A stretch of 64,000 bases of DNA, taken from a bacterium (GTDB lineage Bacteria > Patescibacteriota > Dojkabacteria > B142 > OLB20). How positions within the stretch are numbered: position 1 is the stretch's first letter; the number at the start of each line of letters is the position of its first letter. The notes under the pieces were generated by a model. That model did no database searches and was not told the origin of the DNA. It saw only the letters and a program-made list of their open reading frames with translations. The position numbers were made by a program, and so were the translations under genes. The stretch spans positions 93,343-157,342 of the forward strand of contig JAJTYI010000009.1 in assembly GCA_021463645.1 (NCBI GenBank), written 5' to 3'. Below are positions 1 to 10,170 of this stretch, piece after piece.

Positions 1-681
1 TTCTCTAAAACAAAAGAATCAAAGGTGAGGGGATATACACCAGGACGATTTAGCTTTAATGTTAGGGGTGGTAGATGCGAAACATGTAAGGGGGATGGAC
101 TGATTAAAATTGAAATGCAATTTCTTGCTGATGTCTATGTGGAATGTGAACAATGTCATGGGAAAAGATACAACAGAGAAACATTACAAATAGACTTCAA
201 AGGTAAAAATATTTCTGAAGTCTTGGATATGAGTGTGGAAGAAGCCTTGGAATTCTTCACCAATATCCCTGCAATCAAAAACAAATTGATTACCTTGCAA
301 AAAGTTGGACTGGATTATATTCGACTTGGTCAGAGTGCAACTACATTATCTGGAGGTGAGGCACAAAGGATCAAACTTGCGACGGAGTTAAGTAAACGTA
401 GCACAGGAAAAACATTCTACACATTGGATGAACCTACTACAGGGTTACATTTCGAAGATTTAAAAAAATTATTAATAGTCCTTCATTCATTAGTTTTGAA
501 AGGAAATACAGTATTAGTTGTAGAACACAATCTAGATCTGATCAAAACTGCTGATTGGATAATCGATTTGGGTCCTGAAGGAGGAAATGGGGGGGGGGAG
601 ATTATTGCTGAGGGCACTCCATTAGAAGTCAGTAAATTTGACAAAAGTTACACAGGACATTGGCTGGCTAAAATCCTATAA
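1..681 (+). CDS. uvrA: Excinuclease ABC subunit A, C-terminal part (5' end lies outside the window)
   Basis: Frame 1 is open from base 1. Contains the zinc-finger CETCKGDG...[13 protein letters not shown] signature LSGGEAQR and Walker [13 protein letters not shown] of the UvrA C-terminal ATPase module. Stop TAA at 679-681. Confidence 0.93.
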   Translation, partial: FSKTKESKVRGYTPGRFSFNVRGGRCETCKGDGLIKIEMQFLADVYVECEQCHGKRYNRETLQIDFKGKNISEVLDMSVEEALEFFTNIPAIKNKLITLQKVGLDYIRLGQSATTLSGGEAQRIKLATELSKRSTGKTFYTLDEPTTGLHFEDLKKLLIVLHSLVLKGNTVLVVEHNLDLIKTADWIIDLGPEGGNGGGEIIAEGTPLEVSKFDKSYTGHWLAKIL

Positions 682-915
682 AGCGCAACTAGTTTTTGGA
701 TAATACCTTTGTGCGAATCCAATACCTAGACCTCCCCAGTCTACAATACTCAGTTTTCCATCACTATTAATATCTCTACCACCACAAGGTCCATAATCCA
801 CATCCTTGTCTGTACAAGTATTTTTGCCTCTACCATATGCTTTAGCGAATTCAGCTAAATCAGTACTCGTGAAAACACCATCATCATTAATATCTGATTT
901 ACCACAAATATTTCC
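676..915 (-). repeat. Dockerin-like C-terminal cassette, copy 1 (~240 nt)
   Basis: Shares nucleotide runs with the other copies, e.g. gcgcaactagtttttggataata is identical at 683-705 and 7176-7198. Confidence 0.85.
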
Positions 916-1101
916 TTCAACAGGAGGTGTAGGAGTTCGCAATGGTGTCGGAGTATTTGAAACATCTGGTGGTGTGGGTGTTCTAGTAGGAGATGGTGTT
1001 ATAGACGTTCCTATTGTTGGAGTTATACTCGGAGTGGGTGTAGCAACATCTGTAGGTGTTCTATCATCAACTTGTGTTCCTTTAATTAAAATTGCATACA
1101 A
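676..1101 (-). CDS. Pro/Thr linker plus dockerin-like C-terminal module with no signal peptide; probably the detached 3' part of the beta-helix gene 1146..2672
   Basis: The ORF starts at TTG, and its frame is open upstream to 1170. It encodes ...ANIDLGAYNFNQ..., then a PT-rich linker, then the module [13 protein letters not shown]...[11 protein letters not shown]...KTSCAL shared with four downstream genes. Confidence 0.6.
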   Translation of the reverse strand: MYAILIKGTQVDDRTPTDVATPTPSITPTIGTSITPSPTRTPTPPDVSNTPTPLRTPTPPVEGNICGKSDINDDGVFTSTDLAEFAKAYGRGKNTCTDKDVDYGPCGGRDINSDGKLSIVDWGGLGIGFAQRYYPKTSCAL

Positions 1102-1145
1102 GTCAGGAAAATTCTTACCCTGATTAAAGTTATACGCACCAAGAT

Positions 1146-2672
1146 CTATATTTGCACTCGTTCGGCATTGTTATAAAAATCCAGATCTTGAAATCCCCTG
1201 GTACCTTCTATTTTCCTACCAGAACCAACTGCAGCTGGAAAAGAGTTTATATAAAAATCATTGGGCAGCATAGTTGCGGGATCTAGAATTTGATTAGTTC
1301 CTAGAATTGTCTTCGGAGCAAAATTGGCAACTTTTATTCCATTAGAACTGGAATTATTATTGGTAGAAGTAATATTATTTTCTAAAGTAACTCCTGAGTC
1401 TGAAACAGCTCCGCCAGAAAAACCTTGTCCGTTAACTATATGAATGAGGTTGTTAGCAATTATTATATTTTTTAAATTTCCCGTTCCTTTTGAAACTGTG
1501 ATACCTAGCGCACCGACTCCTCGAACATTGATTATAGTATTGTTTACTACTCGCACATCAATCAAATTGGCTGAGTATTGAGCAGATACAGTTATACCTT
1601 TCGAGCAACCTACAACTACATTATTAGAGACTATGCTACCATAGCCTTCACCCGCCTTAGAAGTAACACCCTCCTCATTTCTAACAACAATGGCAGAACC
1701 ATTACCCTCACTAGAAGGTAATCCACTTTCTTTTAACCAAGCCTCTTTTTCTCCAGTACAAAAAATAAAGTTCGAATCAATTGTAGAATTTATAGGTCCG
1801 TTGAGGTACAAAGCACCATGTGAATTTTCCCATACAAAATTATCTACCACGTCAAAATTTGCAGCACCCATATGAACGTCAAAGCCTTCACCATAGTTTC
1901 TGAAAACGAGAGAGTTTCTTAATGATCCACTTTTTAGTTCATTTATATGTGCACCACCCCCGCCCACAACTCCGTTTTCAGCTCTTCGTCTGATATTGTC
2001 ATAAAGGGCGATGTATTCAAAGTCATTTCTATAACCAGTATTATCTTGATCTGCTCCAGCTTGAAGCCCTGGAACCCAGTTGTGGTAAAGTCTGGCACCC
2101 TTTAACAAAATATTATTGTTGTTGTGTGAGACAAAACCCTTGCCTGATGATCCAGAGACATCGATACCTATGATGGTTACATAATTTGAATAGGAAATAC
2201 CAAATAATGCATCATTTACACATGAATGTTTACCAACTTGGTTTTTGCATGTCGGATCAGGCAGTTCATAGTTTTCACCACCTGTAAAATTTGGCAATCC
2301 ACCACCAGTGTAACCACCAATTTTAATGGGTGCATTGGCAGTACCATTTAGATCTCTAAGTTTTGTGACTTGTTTATAAAGTCCGCCTTTGATACAAATT
2401 GCATCTCCTGGCTTGGCCTTACCCGCGGCGACCCCTACAGTCTTTAAAGATTGTTCTTCCGATGCACCCGTATTTGAATCAGAGCCAGTTAATGACACAT
2501 ACATAGTGCATTCTTCTTTCGGGATTGAGAATATTTGGAATGTAGGATTAGCAACTGAGACAACGGCTTTATTATCAGTTGGACCCCATTCTCTATAAAC
2601 AAGAATACTTGTAACTACCAATAGAACTATCCCAGTAATAAATAATCCTGCCGATAATATTTCTTTTCTCAT
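1146..2672 (-). CDS. Membrane-anchored/secreted right-handed parallel beta-helix protein (DUF1565/pectate-lyase-like); apparently truncated by a frameshift
   Basis: N-terminal TM helix. Motif YVSLTGSDSNTG...KTVGVAAGKAKPGDAICIKGGLY typical of DUF1565 beta-helix proteins. Repeated NN(V/I)xxG/N turns (NNVVVGC, VNNTIIN, IANNLIH). It lacks the linker and C-terminal module that its paralogous neighbours have. Confidence 0.75.
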   Translation of the reverse strand: MRKEILSAGLFITGIVLLVVTSILVYREWGPTDNKAVVSVANPTFQIFSIPKEECTMYVSLTGSDSNTGASEEQSLKTVGVAAGKAKPGDAICIKGGLYKQVTKLRDLNGTANAPIKIGGYTGGGLPNFTGGENYELPDPTCKNQVGKHSCVNDALFGISYSNYVTIIGIDVSGSSGKGFVSHNNNNILLKGARLYHNWVPGLQAGADQDNTGYRNDFEYIALYDNIRRRAENGVVGGGGAHINELKSGSLRNSLVFRNYGEGFDVHMGAANFDVVDNFVWENSHGALYLNGPINSTIDSNFIFCTGEKEAWLKESGLPSSEGNGSAIVVRNEEGVTSKAGEGYGSIVSNNVVVGCSKGITVSAQYSANLIDVRVVNNTIINVRGVGALGITVSKGTGNLKNIIIANNLIHIVNGQGFSGGAVSDSGVTLENNITSTNNNSSSNGIKVANFAPKTILGTNQILDPATMLPNDFYINSFPAAVGSGRKIEGTRGFQDLDFYNNAERVQI

Positions 2673-2720
2673 TTTTTACTATTTCATTTTTTAATTACTC
2701 AATCTCTAAATTTCTTCTCT

Positions 2721-2960
2721 TTATAGAGCACAACTCGTCTTTGGATAATACCTCTGAGCAAAACCAACCCCTGCACCACCGAAGTCAGCAATATTAAGCT
2801 TACCATCTTTATTTACATCTCTTCCTCCACATTGACCGTAATCTACATCCTTATCTGCGCATGTATTCAATCCTCTTCCGTATGCACGAGCGAATTCTGC
2901 AAAATCTGCGATTGTAAATACACCATCATCATTTACATCCGATTTTCCACAATTATTTCC
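2721..2960 (-). repeat. Dockerin-like C-terminal cassette, copy 2
   Basis: Shares runs such as ctctgagcaaaaccaac and ttacatctcttcctccaca with copy 3. Confidence 0.85.
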
Positions 2961-5441
2961 ACTTATAGGTTGTGTTGGAGTAACACTTGGGAATTCTGAA
3001 GGATTTGATGTTCTAGTCGGAGTTGGAGTCAAAGATCCCTGAGGTGGCGTTGGAGTAAAAGTAATATCAACAGAGGTTGGTGTGACAGAATTTGTGACGG
3101 GAGGGGGTGGGGTAGTATCCATACTCCATATAGTGAAATCAACTTCTCCACGTTTAATAATTGAAACAGCCTGATCACTTCTAAATTTCGCAGTAATATT
3201 ACCATTAATTTCTTCTTCTATCATGTCTTTTACAGTTTGCGCACCAGTAGTTTTATTTGTCCATTTTATAAACTTGGAAACAGTGTTTAGTACTATAATA
3301 TTTTTGTTATCACGCAATGCCCATTCAACACTTCCTCCGGGGTTTAAAATGAATATATTTTCTGAATTTTTTACTAACAAGGAATTTCCATCCTCGGATT
3401 TGTGACTTCTTACTGAAACATTTTTTGCATTTCGAATCTCAGCCTGGAAACCCTCTCTTTTATCAATAGCATCTCCGTGACCATCTTCTGGATTAATACC
3501 ATAGAGAGTCAGAGGTTGAGTAGTACCGTTCACTAAGAACCCTCTAAATTTTTCATGATATTTAGAACAACCTCCACCTCCTGATGTAGTACCCCATACA
3601 CGTCCACCACCATTTCCCGTAAAATGATAATCATTTCTCTCGTTTCCGTATTGTAGGTCAGCTGTTCTGCACTTAGATGGTCCCATAGCTCCGAACGTGT
3701 CTGTATGTGCAAAATAGATTATGGAATTTTTCCCTGCTTCCCAATGTATTGCGTCAAAATAGTTATTTCCTTTGCTAGCATCGATAATTATTTCAATATT
3801 AGCCATAGCAGTTGTAGCATTTGCATCATTAACAGTGCGAAGTGCATCAACTCTTTTACCAGGTTTCCATAGTGGATGTACTCTTATCTTTGAAAAATTT
3901 GGAACCACTCCGATTAAATGAGTATCGCTGCCTAGTGTTATGGTGTTTTTAATTGGGTATACGCCACTAGGAACGAATACATACTTAATTGATTTATCAG
4001 CAAATAATTGATTTAACTTTTCAGAATAATCCGGAGCTGAGTCGGGAAGGGGATTGCTCAAAGGTGTTATTCCCCTGTCAACGACATTAACTACACCACT
4101 ACCAGGTGTTTTACTTCTAGAGAGAAGTACATCAGCACTGGGAACTCTACCGTCTTCAATTCCATGCCTCATTCTGATTTTATATGCGTCTGGAGCATTT
4201 ACACTTAGAGAGATTGAAGAGGTATCTTCAAAATAGTCGCTCTGTGTTGTTACTCCTTCGACTAATTTAACTCCAACATTTGGCATAGTATTTGCAAAGA
4301 TATTAACCCTAGCCCAACCTGCAGAGCTCCCTTTATGAGTTTTGTCTTCTGTTTGAATTATATTTTCTGCATTTTTTACAGATACATTTTGGATTGCAAT
4401 TTGCCTACCTTGTAAAGTACTTATGGCAGGTTTATTTGAATTATTCCTTATCTCTATTGTTCCATCCGAAAGCGTATAAGAACCCATATGATATGTTCCA
4501 CTATCATTATAGTTAACACCTTCGGCTTCACCAATGACTGGAGCAGAATCTTTAATAATTTCAAATCCATTTAGTGAGACCGCTGGTCCGCGATGACTTG
4601 TAAAAGCTAAAACTTGCTGATTTTTTAAGACAACATTTGTATAAGCACCCCAACCACCATAACTACCATAAACTCCATACTTGCCTCCGATTATTGTAAT
4701 ATCTTGATTGGTCGAATTAGTCCCGATTGATCCATAAATACCTGCAAATGAGTCAACAGATTCAATAACAATATTACTTAGCGCATTTCTTTGATTTCCT
4801 GTCATTCTGATACCAATTGCATCAGGATTATTCGCCTCCATTACAAATTTTAAATTTTGTATAGAGTTCCCGATTAGCATAGCTGTGTTACCGTTGGTTT
4901 TATTTACGTCAGCTAGCTGATCATTGTAAGGTGGGTCACATTGGGTTTTTCCTACGTCTGCTTTTTCCACGAAATCACAAGCCCACATATGAATCATCGC
5001 TTCCTTATCAGTTCCATTGTGTGTTCTATCGTTGTTGGCATTGTTGTCATTGATAGATCCTGATTTGAGTTTAATTGTAGGAAGCTCACTTGCGGAGGTA
5101 GATCCCATCAAATGGAAAGAGCCACCAACTTCACCAGCTCTATCTTTTAAAGCAACAAGAGTATCTGAGATTAGATAAGTGCCTGGGGGAAAATATGTTA
5201 CAGCATCTTTACGATAAGCATCATCAATAGCATTTTGAATCGCGATAGTGGAATCCTTAACACCTGTTTTATCTGCACCATAAGTTGTTACGTCAAATAA
5301 TCCTATATTTTTAAGTTCTACAGGAGTTACAGTAGCTGCACTTTGATCATCTGGAGCTAAATTTTGTTTAAAAACTATATAAACAACTACGAAAATTGTT
5401 ATGAGTAATAAAAACGATAGGATCGTAAAAATTTTTTTCAT
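2721..5441 (-). CDS. Anchored/secreted GH55-like (pectate_lyase_3, double beta-helix) protein with PT linker and dockerin-like C-terminal module
   Basis: N-terminal TM helix. Two copies of the pectate_lyase_3 entry motif (DVTTYGADKTGVKDSTIAIQNAIDDA... and VVNVVDRGITP...KYVFVPSGVYPIKNTITL). PT linker and C-terminal NNCGKSDVNDDG...GGRDVNKDGKL...KTSCAL. Confidence 0.75.
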   Translation of the reverse strand: MKKIFTILSFLLLITIFVVVYIVFKQNLAPDDQSAATVTPVELKNIGLFDVTTYGADKTGVKDSTIAIQNAIDDAYRKDAVTYFPPGTYLISDTLVALKDRAGEVGGSFHLMGSTSASELPTIKLKSGSINDNNANNDRTHNGTDKEAMIHMWACDFVEKADVGKTQCDPPYNDQLADVNKTNGNTAMLIGNSIQNLKFVMEANNPDAIGIRMTGNQRNALSNIVIESVDSFAGIYGSIGTNSTNQDITIIGGKYGVYGSYGGWGAYTNVVLKNQQVLAFTSHRGPAVSLNGFEIIKDSAPVIGEAEGVNYNDSGTYHMGSYTLSDGTIEIRNNSNKPAISTLQGRQIAIQNVSVKNAENIIQTEDKTHKGSSAGWARVNIFANTMPNVGVKLVEGVTTQSDYFEDTSSISLSVNAPDAYKIRMRHGIEDGRVPSADVLLSRSKTPGSGVVNVVDRGITPLSNPLPDSAPDYSEKLNQLFADKSIKYVFVPSGVYPIKNTITLGSDTHLIGVVPNFSKIRVHPLWKPGKRVDALRTVNDANATTAMANIEIIIDASKGNNYFDAIHWEAGKNSIIYFAHTDTFGAMGPSKCRTADLQYGNERNDYHFTGNGGGRVWGTTSGGGGCSKYHEKFRGFLVNGTTQPLTLYGINPEDGHGDAIDKREGFQAEIRNAKNVSVRSHKSEDGNSLLVKNSENIFILNPGGSVEWALRDNKNIIVLNTVSKFIKWTNKTTGAQTVKDMIEEEINGNITAKFRSDQAVSIIKRGEVDFTIWSMDTTPPPPVTNSVTPTSVDITFTPTPPQGSLTPTPTRTSNPSEFPSVTPTQPISGNNCGKSDVNDDGVFTIADFAEFARAYGRGLNTCADKDVDYGQCGGRDVNKDGKLNIADFGGAGVGFAQRYYPKTSCAL

Positions 5442-5487
5442 TACTATTATTGGAATTTAATAAAATGTAACTATACGATAACGAATT

Positions 5488-5730
5488 TTAATTTATTGCA
5501 CAACTTGTTTTAGGGAAGTATCTCTGAGCAAAACCAACTCCAGCCGCTCCAAAGTCTGCAATATTAAGTTTGCCATCCTTAGTTACATCTCTTCCTCCAC
5601 AAGGGCCGTAATCGACATCTTTGTCTGCACAAGTATTTGTTCCCCTTCCGTAAGCTCTAGCAAATTCAGCAAAGTCTGCAATTGTGAAAACACCATCGTC
5701 ATTTATATCAGCTTTTCCGCAAATATTTCC
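5488..5730 (-). repeat. Dockerin-like C-terminal cassette, copy 3
   Basis: Nucleotide and protein similarity to copies 1, 2, 4 and 5. Confidence 0.85.
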
Positions 5731-7152
5731 AGTTGGGTTAGATGGAGTAGGGGATGGTGTTAGGGATAAATCAATTGAAGGTGTGATCATAATACTCGGA
5801 GTAACTGGCGGTTGTGTAATATTCGTGCTCGGAGTTACTGTCGGAAGTATTGTATTAGAAGGTGTTACAGTTGTTGGTAGTGAAGGTGTACCAGATGTTT
5901 GACTATTACTAAATTCGGTAACACCTTTAGTTACAACTATTTCCTTGTATGAACCATTTACTTTTGTTTTAACTACTTCAAAATCCTTTGAATCAAGAAA
6001 ACCAAGAGTATATGAGTTATTTACCCCTGATAAAAAGCGTGTGTTTTTTGAACGTCCAAAACCGAAAACGGTCATGGTATCCATATCAACATAACCATCT
6101 ATGAATTGGTCATCCTGATGATGTGCTAGGAATAACGACCTATTTAAGGTACCATCTGAGACGTAAATCCATTCTTCTCCAGCTATATCTGTAGTCCACT
6201 CTTGCGAAGCGAAGATTGATGTTCCATCTGACTTAGTAAGTATATCTTTATCTAACTCAAGTGTTCCTCCGGGAGTACCTTCGTATAAAAACCAATAATT
6301 CTTAGTGGACGGTGCTTTTGATACCCTCATATTTGCATACTCTGGATATATATCCCAAATAACTTCCCATTCAGTTCCGACAAAACTTCTAAACGAAGTT
6401 CTTATTGGACCTGAATTCAATATTTCTGTCTGAACGGTGTCACGTCCTGGATGGAAATATCCTCCATCGTTTGGATGAACCATGTTAGGTACGCCGCGGA
6501 AATCCCCATTAGCTCCAGTGCTCTTATTCCAACTTATCCAGTCCTTGCTATCTTTATCAATTAATGTTGCAAAACCACCACCTGTTTTATGGTAATAGTA
6601 TTCCCCATTTGAAGTTTCAATTTTTATGCTCGCATATTCTTTATGAGTAACGTTATCTGTCGTTTTAACGAGTTGGGGAATATTGGCAGATGGGATAGAT
6701 TTGTTTTCGAAGTCAAAATAAAGTTGATAATTTCTTTTTATATTTTTTTGGGTCTCTCCTTGTAATATCCATATAAGTTCTCCTGTCGCATTTGTCAAAG
6801 GATTGAAATTACTAGTTTTTTCAAATTGGAAAGGGACTTCCGCATTAACTACTTCTCCAGCTGAATTGATTTCAACAATCCGGAAAGAATCGGTGTCCAC
6901 ACTCCCTGATTTACTTATTGAGTTAAGAGCAGTTGTAAGGTTAATTGTTACCGCGACTGGTTTATTCGTTCTCGTAAAGTTACCAGAATCGACTTCAAAT
7001 GCAACCCTATAACTCCAACCGTTGTTCCACCACTGTGTTGCTGCTTTGTTATCAATGGGGGCAAGGTTATCTTGAATGTAATATGTTACAAATCCTACTA
7101 CCGAGAGGAAGATCAATAGCATAAACAATAAGATTGGTAATGCTTGTTTCAT
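5488..7152 (-). CDS. Anchored/secreted protein of unknown function with PT linker and dockerin-like C-terminal module
   Basis: N-terminal TM helix. The W..GWSYR beta-sandwich-like start (WWNNGWSYRVAFEVD) resembles secreted carbohydrate-active proteins, but only weakly. PT/S linker and C-terminal GNICGKADINDDG...GGRDVTKDGKL...KTSCAIN. Confidence 0.7.
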   Translation of the reverse strand: MKQALPILLFMLLIFLSVVGFVTYYIQDNLAPIDNKAATQWWNNGWSYRVAFEVDSGNFTRTNKPVAVTINLTTALNSISKSGSVDTDSFRIVEINSAGEVVNAEVPFQFEKTSNFNPLTNATGELIWILQGETQKNIKRNYQLYFDFENKSIPSANIPQLVKTTDNVTHKEYASIKIETSNGEYYYHKTGGGFATLIDKDSKDWISWNKSTGANGDFRGVPNMVHPNDGGYFHPGRDTVQTEILNSGPIRTSFRSFVGTEWEVIWDIYPEYANMRVSKAPSTKNYWFLYEGTPGGTLELDKDILTKSDGTSIFASQEWTTDIAGEEWIYVSDGTLNRSLFLAHHQDDQFIDGYVDMDTMTVFGFGRSKNTRFLSGVNNSYTLGFLDSKDFEVVKTKVNGSYKEIVVTKGVTEFSNSQTSGTPSLPTTVTPSNTILPTVTPSTNITQPPVTPSIMITPSIDLSLTPSPTPSNPTGNICGKADINDDGVFTIADFAEFARAYGRGTNTCADKDVDYGPCGGRDVTKDGKLNIADFGAAGVGFAQRYFPKTSCAIN

Positions 7153-7168
7153 TTTCTATACAATTAAT

Positions 7169-7408
7169 TTATAGTGCGCAACTAGTTTTTGGATAATAAC
7201 GCTGAGCAAAACCAATTCCCTGGGCTCCGAAATCAGCTATATTTAATTTACCATCTCTTGTAACATCTCTTCCACCACAAGGACCATAGTCGACATCCTT
7301 ATCAGCACAAGTATTGGTTCCTCTACCATATGTTTTTGCAAATTCGGAGAAGTCAAATATTGTAAACTGACCATTATTATCTACATCCGCTTTGCCACAT
7401 ATATTACC
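7169..7408 (-). repeat. Dockerin-like C-terminal cassette, copy 4
   Basis: Nucleotide and protein similarity to the other copies. Confidence 0.85.
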
Positions 7409-9901
7409 TGTAATTATTGTAGGTGTTGCACTTGGTGATACAGTTCCACTTACCGGTGGATCTGATGGTGTTATTGTAGGAGTAGATACGATAGGGGTAG
7501 GAGTGTTTGTCGCTTGAGTTACAGGTGTATTACTAGGGTATGTCGAATCTGAGCCATTTACAAAAAGCCACGCTTTTCTATTAAACCAACCAATGGAAAT
7601 GATATCCAAATCACCATCATCATCAATATCTACGAGTTGAGTTCCCACATGGTGATCAATAATATTTTTTGATTGACTATCAACTATGTGTTCAGTCCAG
7701 TTATTTGATTGATCTGACTTTGTTTTGTCTTTATTCTCAAGAATAATAACTCGATTATTTGTTGCTCCTTTATGTTCTCCTAAAACGATATCAAAATCCC
7801 CGTCATTATCAATATCTCCTGAATCCATACTAAAACCCTCTCCACTTATAGAGTAAATAATTGTTCTAGTCCATGTCTGATTGGGATTATTTTCTAGACC
7901 ACCTGGGTTTTTGTAATAAATAATTTCATTACCATTCTCTAAAGAGACAACCGCATCTAGTAAATTCCCTCCTCTGAAATTCTTTAGCACAACCCGATCT
8001 GGAATCCCAGCAGTTAGTCCAGCTAAATTATTATCAACAACATGTTGAGTTAATGAATTTATAGCTCCGTTATTTCTTATCCACTTAGTACCTTGGAAAA
8101 TATCATCATCTCCATCTCCATCGATATCTCCTATAGCTAGTCCTTCGTTTTGACTTTTGATTCCAGTTGGTGTTGTCAATGACCAATTAGTTGATTCGCC
8201 TGATACTTTTAAAAATTGCATATCATGAGTAGCAGGTTTATGCCAAGAAAGAGCTAAATAATTATCAGAACCAATTTGAATCTCTTTAACTCCTTGTGGG
8301 AAATCACCTACAGTAGGGCTTTGAATATTATTCATTAAAGTGAAACTGTTGTTCTCTGATTTTGCCCAGACTAGATCTCTTGAGTTGTGTCTATTTGCAT
8401 CTGTACTTGAAGCAGAAGCACGACTACCGATTAGATCTAGCTTATTGTCACCCCCAAAATTGCCTGCATAGAAAAAGTTGTCAAACCCATTTGTGATTTC
8501 ATTTTTTGTCCAATTTCCAGTAAAAGTAGTTGGCTGTTTCCACCATGAATCCCCTGTGACTATATCTTTTTTTGAATCTCCATCCACATTAACTGCAGTA
8601 ACAGCAAGGATATTTCTATCTGTAACCTCACCAACCAATTTCCTTTCCCAGCTATCTAAACCTCCTCCTCCAACTACAGGCGTTGATGTAGGAGCCGATG
8701 CCCCACCTTCTTGTAATAACACTGCAATATTAGGTGTTTCGAAATTATATGGTTTTGCAAGAATATCAAAATCACCATCTCCATCTAAATCTGCCATTTT
8801 ACCTTCATGCACATCAAGACCACTTTTTACTACGGTAGTTGTCATATTTCCATTCCCATCCCCATACAATATCCTTACTTTAGATTCAGGATTGGCACCA
8901 GCAAGTCTCATCTCAGCTGAGAAAAGATCCATATTCCCATCTTTGTTCACATCCAATATCTGTAACGAATGACCATTTTTTACATCGAAGAGTTTTGTCT
9001 TGACCCATGTCGAGCCATTCCATTGATATTTATCAGCTGTTCCCGTAGTATCTCCAGCACTGAAAACGACTTCAGGTCTCTCCCCCTTTTTTAATTGACC
9101 AACAGCAACTCTCGTAAAATCACGTGTTTCGTCAATTATATTTTTCTGATAGTTTGTTCCACTTGTATGCTTGAACCATAGACCAGCTCCTACAATATCT
9201 AACTTTCCATCTAAATCAATATCAGCAATAGCAAGACCTTCATGCTTATCTGTACTATTAAAAATCTTGGTTATTGTCCATTCTGTAGATGATTTCGGAT
9301 CCGAAGGTATTTCAGCAACAAATAAACCCGGTGCCGTACCTTTTTGATTCCAAAATACTAATTCAGTTTTTCCGTCACCATCTACATCCCCAAATGCCTG
9401 ATCATGGTGTTTGTTCGAACCAGTTGTTTTAATCGTATATCTATTCCACTTTGTATTTTCCGCATAATTTGGATATGGATTTTCCCACCAATAGATTTTA
9501 TTACTAGAGTTATCACCTGCAAAAGACACATCTAAATCTCCATCATTATCGATATCAAAGAAATCTCCTCCTGCCTCTATTGGCAAATTCTCAGAATCTA
9601 TAACAAATTGTTGCCAACCACTTTGTGTTCTTTGATACCAAACTACCGAATTTGCGGCATCTCTAGAAGCTATCACAAAATCATTTATACCATCTTTATT
9701 AATATCTAATATCAAGCTTGCAGTTTGTTGTTGTGATCCTTTTGGAACAGGCAATTGCCCCGCTTTACTTGATAACATAGTCCAACTTACTTCTGCTTTG
9801 TTGTCTTGAGGGCTAAGGTCTCTTGAGTAATAAAAGATGCTAAAACCGAAGAGAATTAATAATATGATTACTAAAATTATTAATTTGACTTGTTTTTTCA
9901 T
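7169..9901 (-). CDS. Anchored/secreted FG-GAP/VCBS-repeat (beta-propeller) protein with PT linker and dockerin-like C-terminal module
   Basis: Many Ca-binding FG-GAP-type loops (DINKDGINDF, DIDNDGDLDV, DVDGDGKTELVF, DIDLDGKLDIV, DLDGDGDFDIL, DIDGDGDDDIF, DIDDDGDLDII). I prefer the ATG at 9901 (MKKQVKLIILV...) over the TTG at 9922 used by the ORF track. C-terminal GNICGKADVDNNG...GGRDVTRDGKL...KTSCAL. Confidence 0.8.
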   Translation of the reverse strand: MKKQVKLIILVIILLILFGFSIFYYSRDLSPQDNKAEVSWTMLSSKAGQLPVPKGSQQQTASLILDINKDGINDFVIASRDAANSVVWYQRTQSGWQQFVIDSENLPIEAGGDFFDIDNDGDLDVSFAGDNSSNKIYWWENPYPNYAENTKWNRYTIKTTGSNKHHDQAFGDVDGDGKTELVFWNQKGTAPGLFVAEIPSDPKSSTEWTITKIFNSTDKHEGLAIADIDLDGKLDIVGAGLWFKHTSGTNYQKNIIDETRDFTRVAVGQLKKGERPEVVFSAGDTTGTADKYQWNGSTWVKTKLFDVKNGHSLQILDVNKDGNMDLFSAEMRLAGANPESKVRILYGDGNGNMTTTVVKSGLDVHEGKMADLDGDGDFDILAKPYNFETPNIAVLLQEGGASAPTSTPVVGGGGLDSWERKLVGEVTDRNILAVTAVNVDGDSKKDIVTGDSWWKQPTTFTGNWTKNEITNGFDNFFYAGNFGGDNKLDLIGSRASASSTDANRHNSRDLVWAKSENNSFTLMNNIQSPTVGDFPQGVKEIQIGSDNYLALSWHKPATHDMQFLKVSGESTNWSLTTPTGIKSQNEGLAIGDIDGDGDDDIFQGTKWIRNNGAINSLTQHVVDNNLAGLTAGIPDRVVLKNFRGGNLLDAVVSLENGNEIIYYKNPGGLENNPNQTWTRTIIYSISGEGFSMDSGDIDNDGDFDIVLGEHKGATNNRVIILENKDKTKSDQSNNWTEHIVDSQSKNIIDHHVGTQLVDIDDDGDLDIISIGWFNRKAWLFVNGSDSTYPSNTPVTQATNTPTPIVSTPTITPSDPPVSGTVSPSATPTIITGNICGKADVDNNGQFTIFDFSEFAKTYGRGTNTCADKDVDYGPCGGRDVTRDGKLNIADFGAQGIGFAQRYYPKTSCAL

Positions 9902-9930
9902 AAGGCAATAATTATCAAACAAAAATTAAT

Positions 9931-10170
9931 CTACAAACTACAGCTTTCTCGGGGATAATATCTTTGAGCAAATCCTATATTGAGAGCACCGAAGTCGACA
10001 ATGTTTAGTTTGCCATCTTTATTGACATCTCGTCCACCACATACTCCATAATCAACAAGCATATCATCACAAAATAGAGTACCGCGACCATAAATTTGGG
10101 CGAATTCTGCGAAGTCTGCAATAGTGAATACACCATCATCATTTACGTCTGCTTTTCCACATGCAACTCC
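9931..10170 (-). repeat. Dockerin-like C-terminal cassette, copy 5 (most divergent)
   Basis: Protein-level conservation of all four Cys and both DxNxDG loops. Confidence 0.8.

Noticed and set aside
676-690. The C-terminal ...SCAL / ...SCAIN endings of the array proteins read as CaaX-type prenylation boxes.
   Set aside because: Four of the five end C-A-L, which is one residue short of CaaX. The proteins are predicted to be extracytoplasmic. The terminal Cys is more simply explained as a disulfide partner of one of the other three invariant Cys.
806-1123. Plus-strand ORFs rich in Gly/Val (806..1123, and also 5684..5902 and 10124..10462).
   Set aside because: They are antisense shadows of the Pro/Thr-linker coding regions on the minus strand: ACx/CCx codons read as GGT/GTx on the opposite strand. 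They have no independent start context or homology.
8478-8972. A 164-aa plus-strand ORF inside the FG-GAP gene. There are similar antisense ORFs elsewhere: 15017..15412, 18179..18550, 22009..22314, 39252..39635, 52057..52464, 56662..56970.
   Set aside because: Each lies entirely within a well-supported gene on the other strand. Their compositions are low-complexity or hydrophobic, typical of antisense frames in AT-rich DNA.
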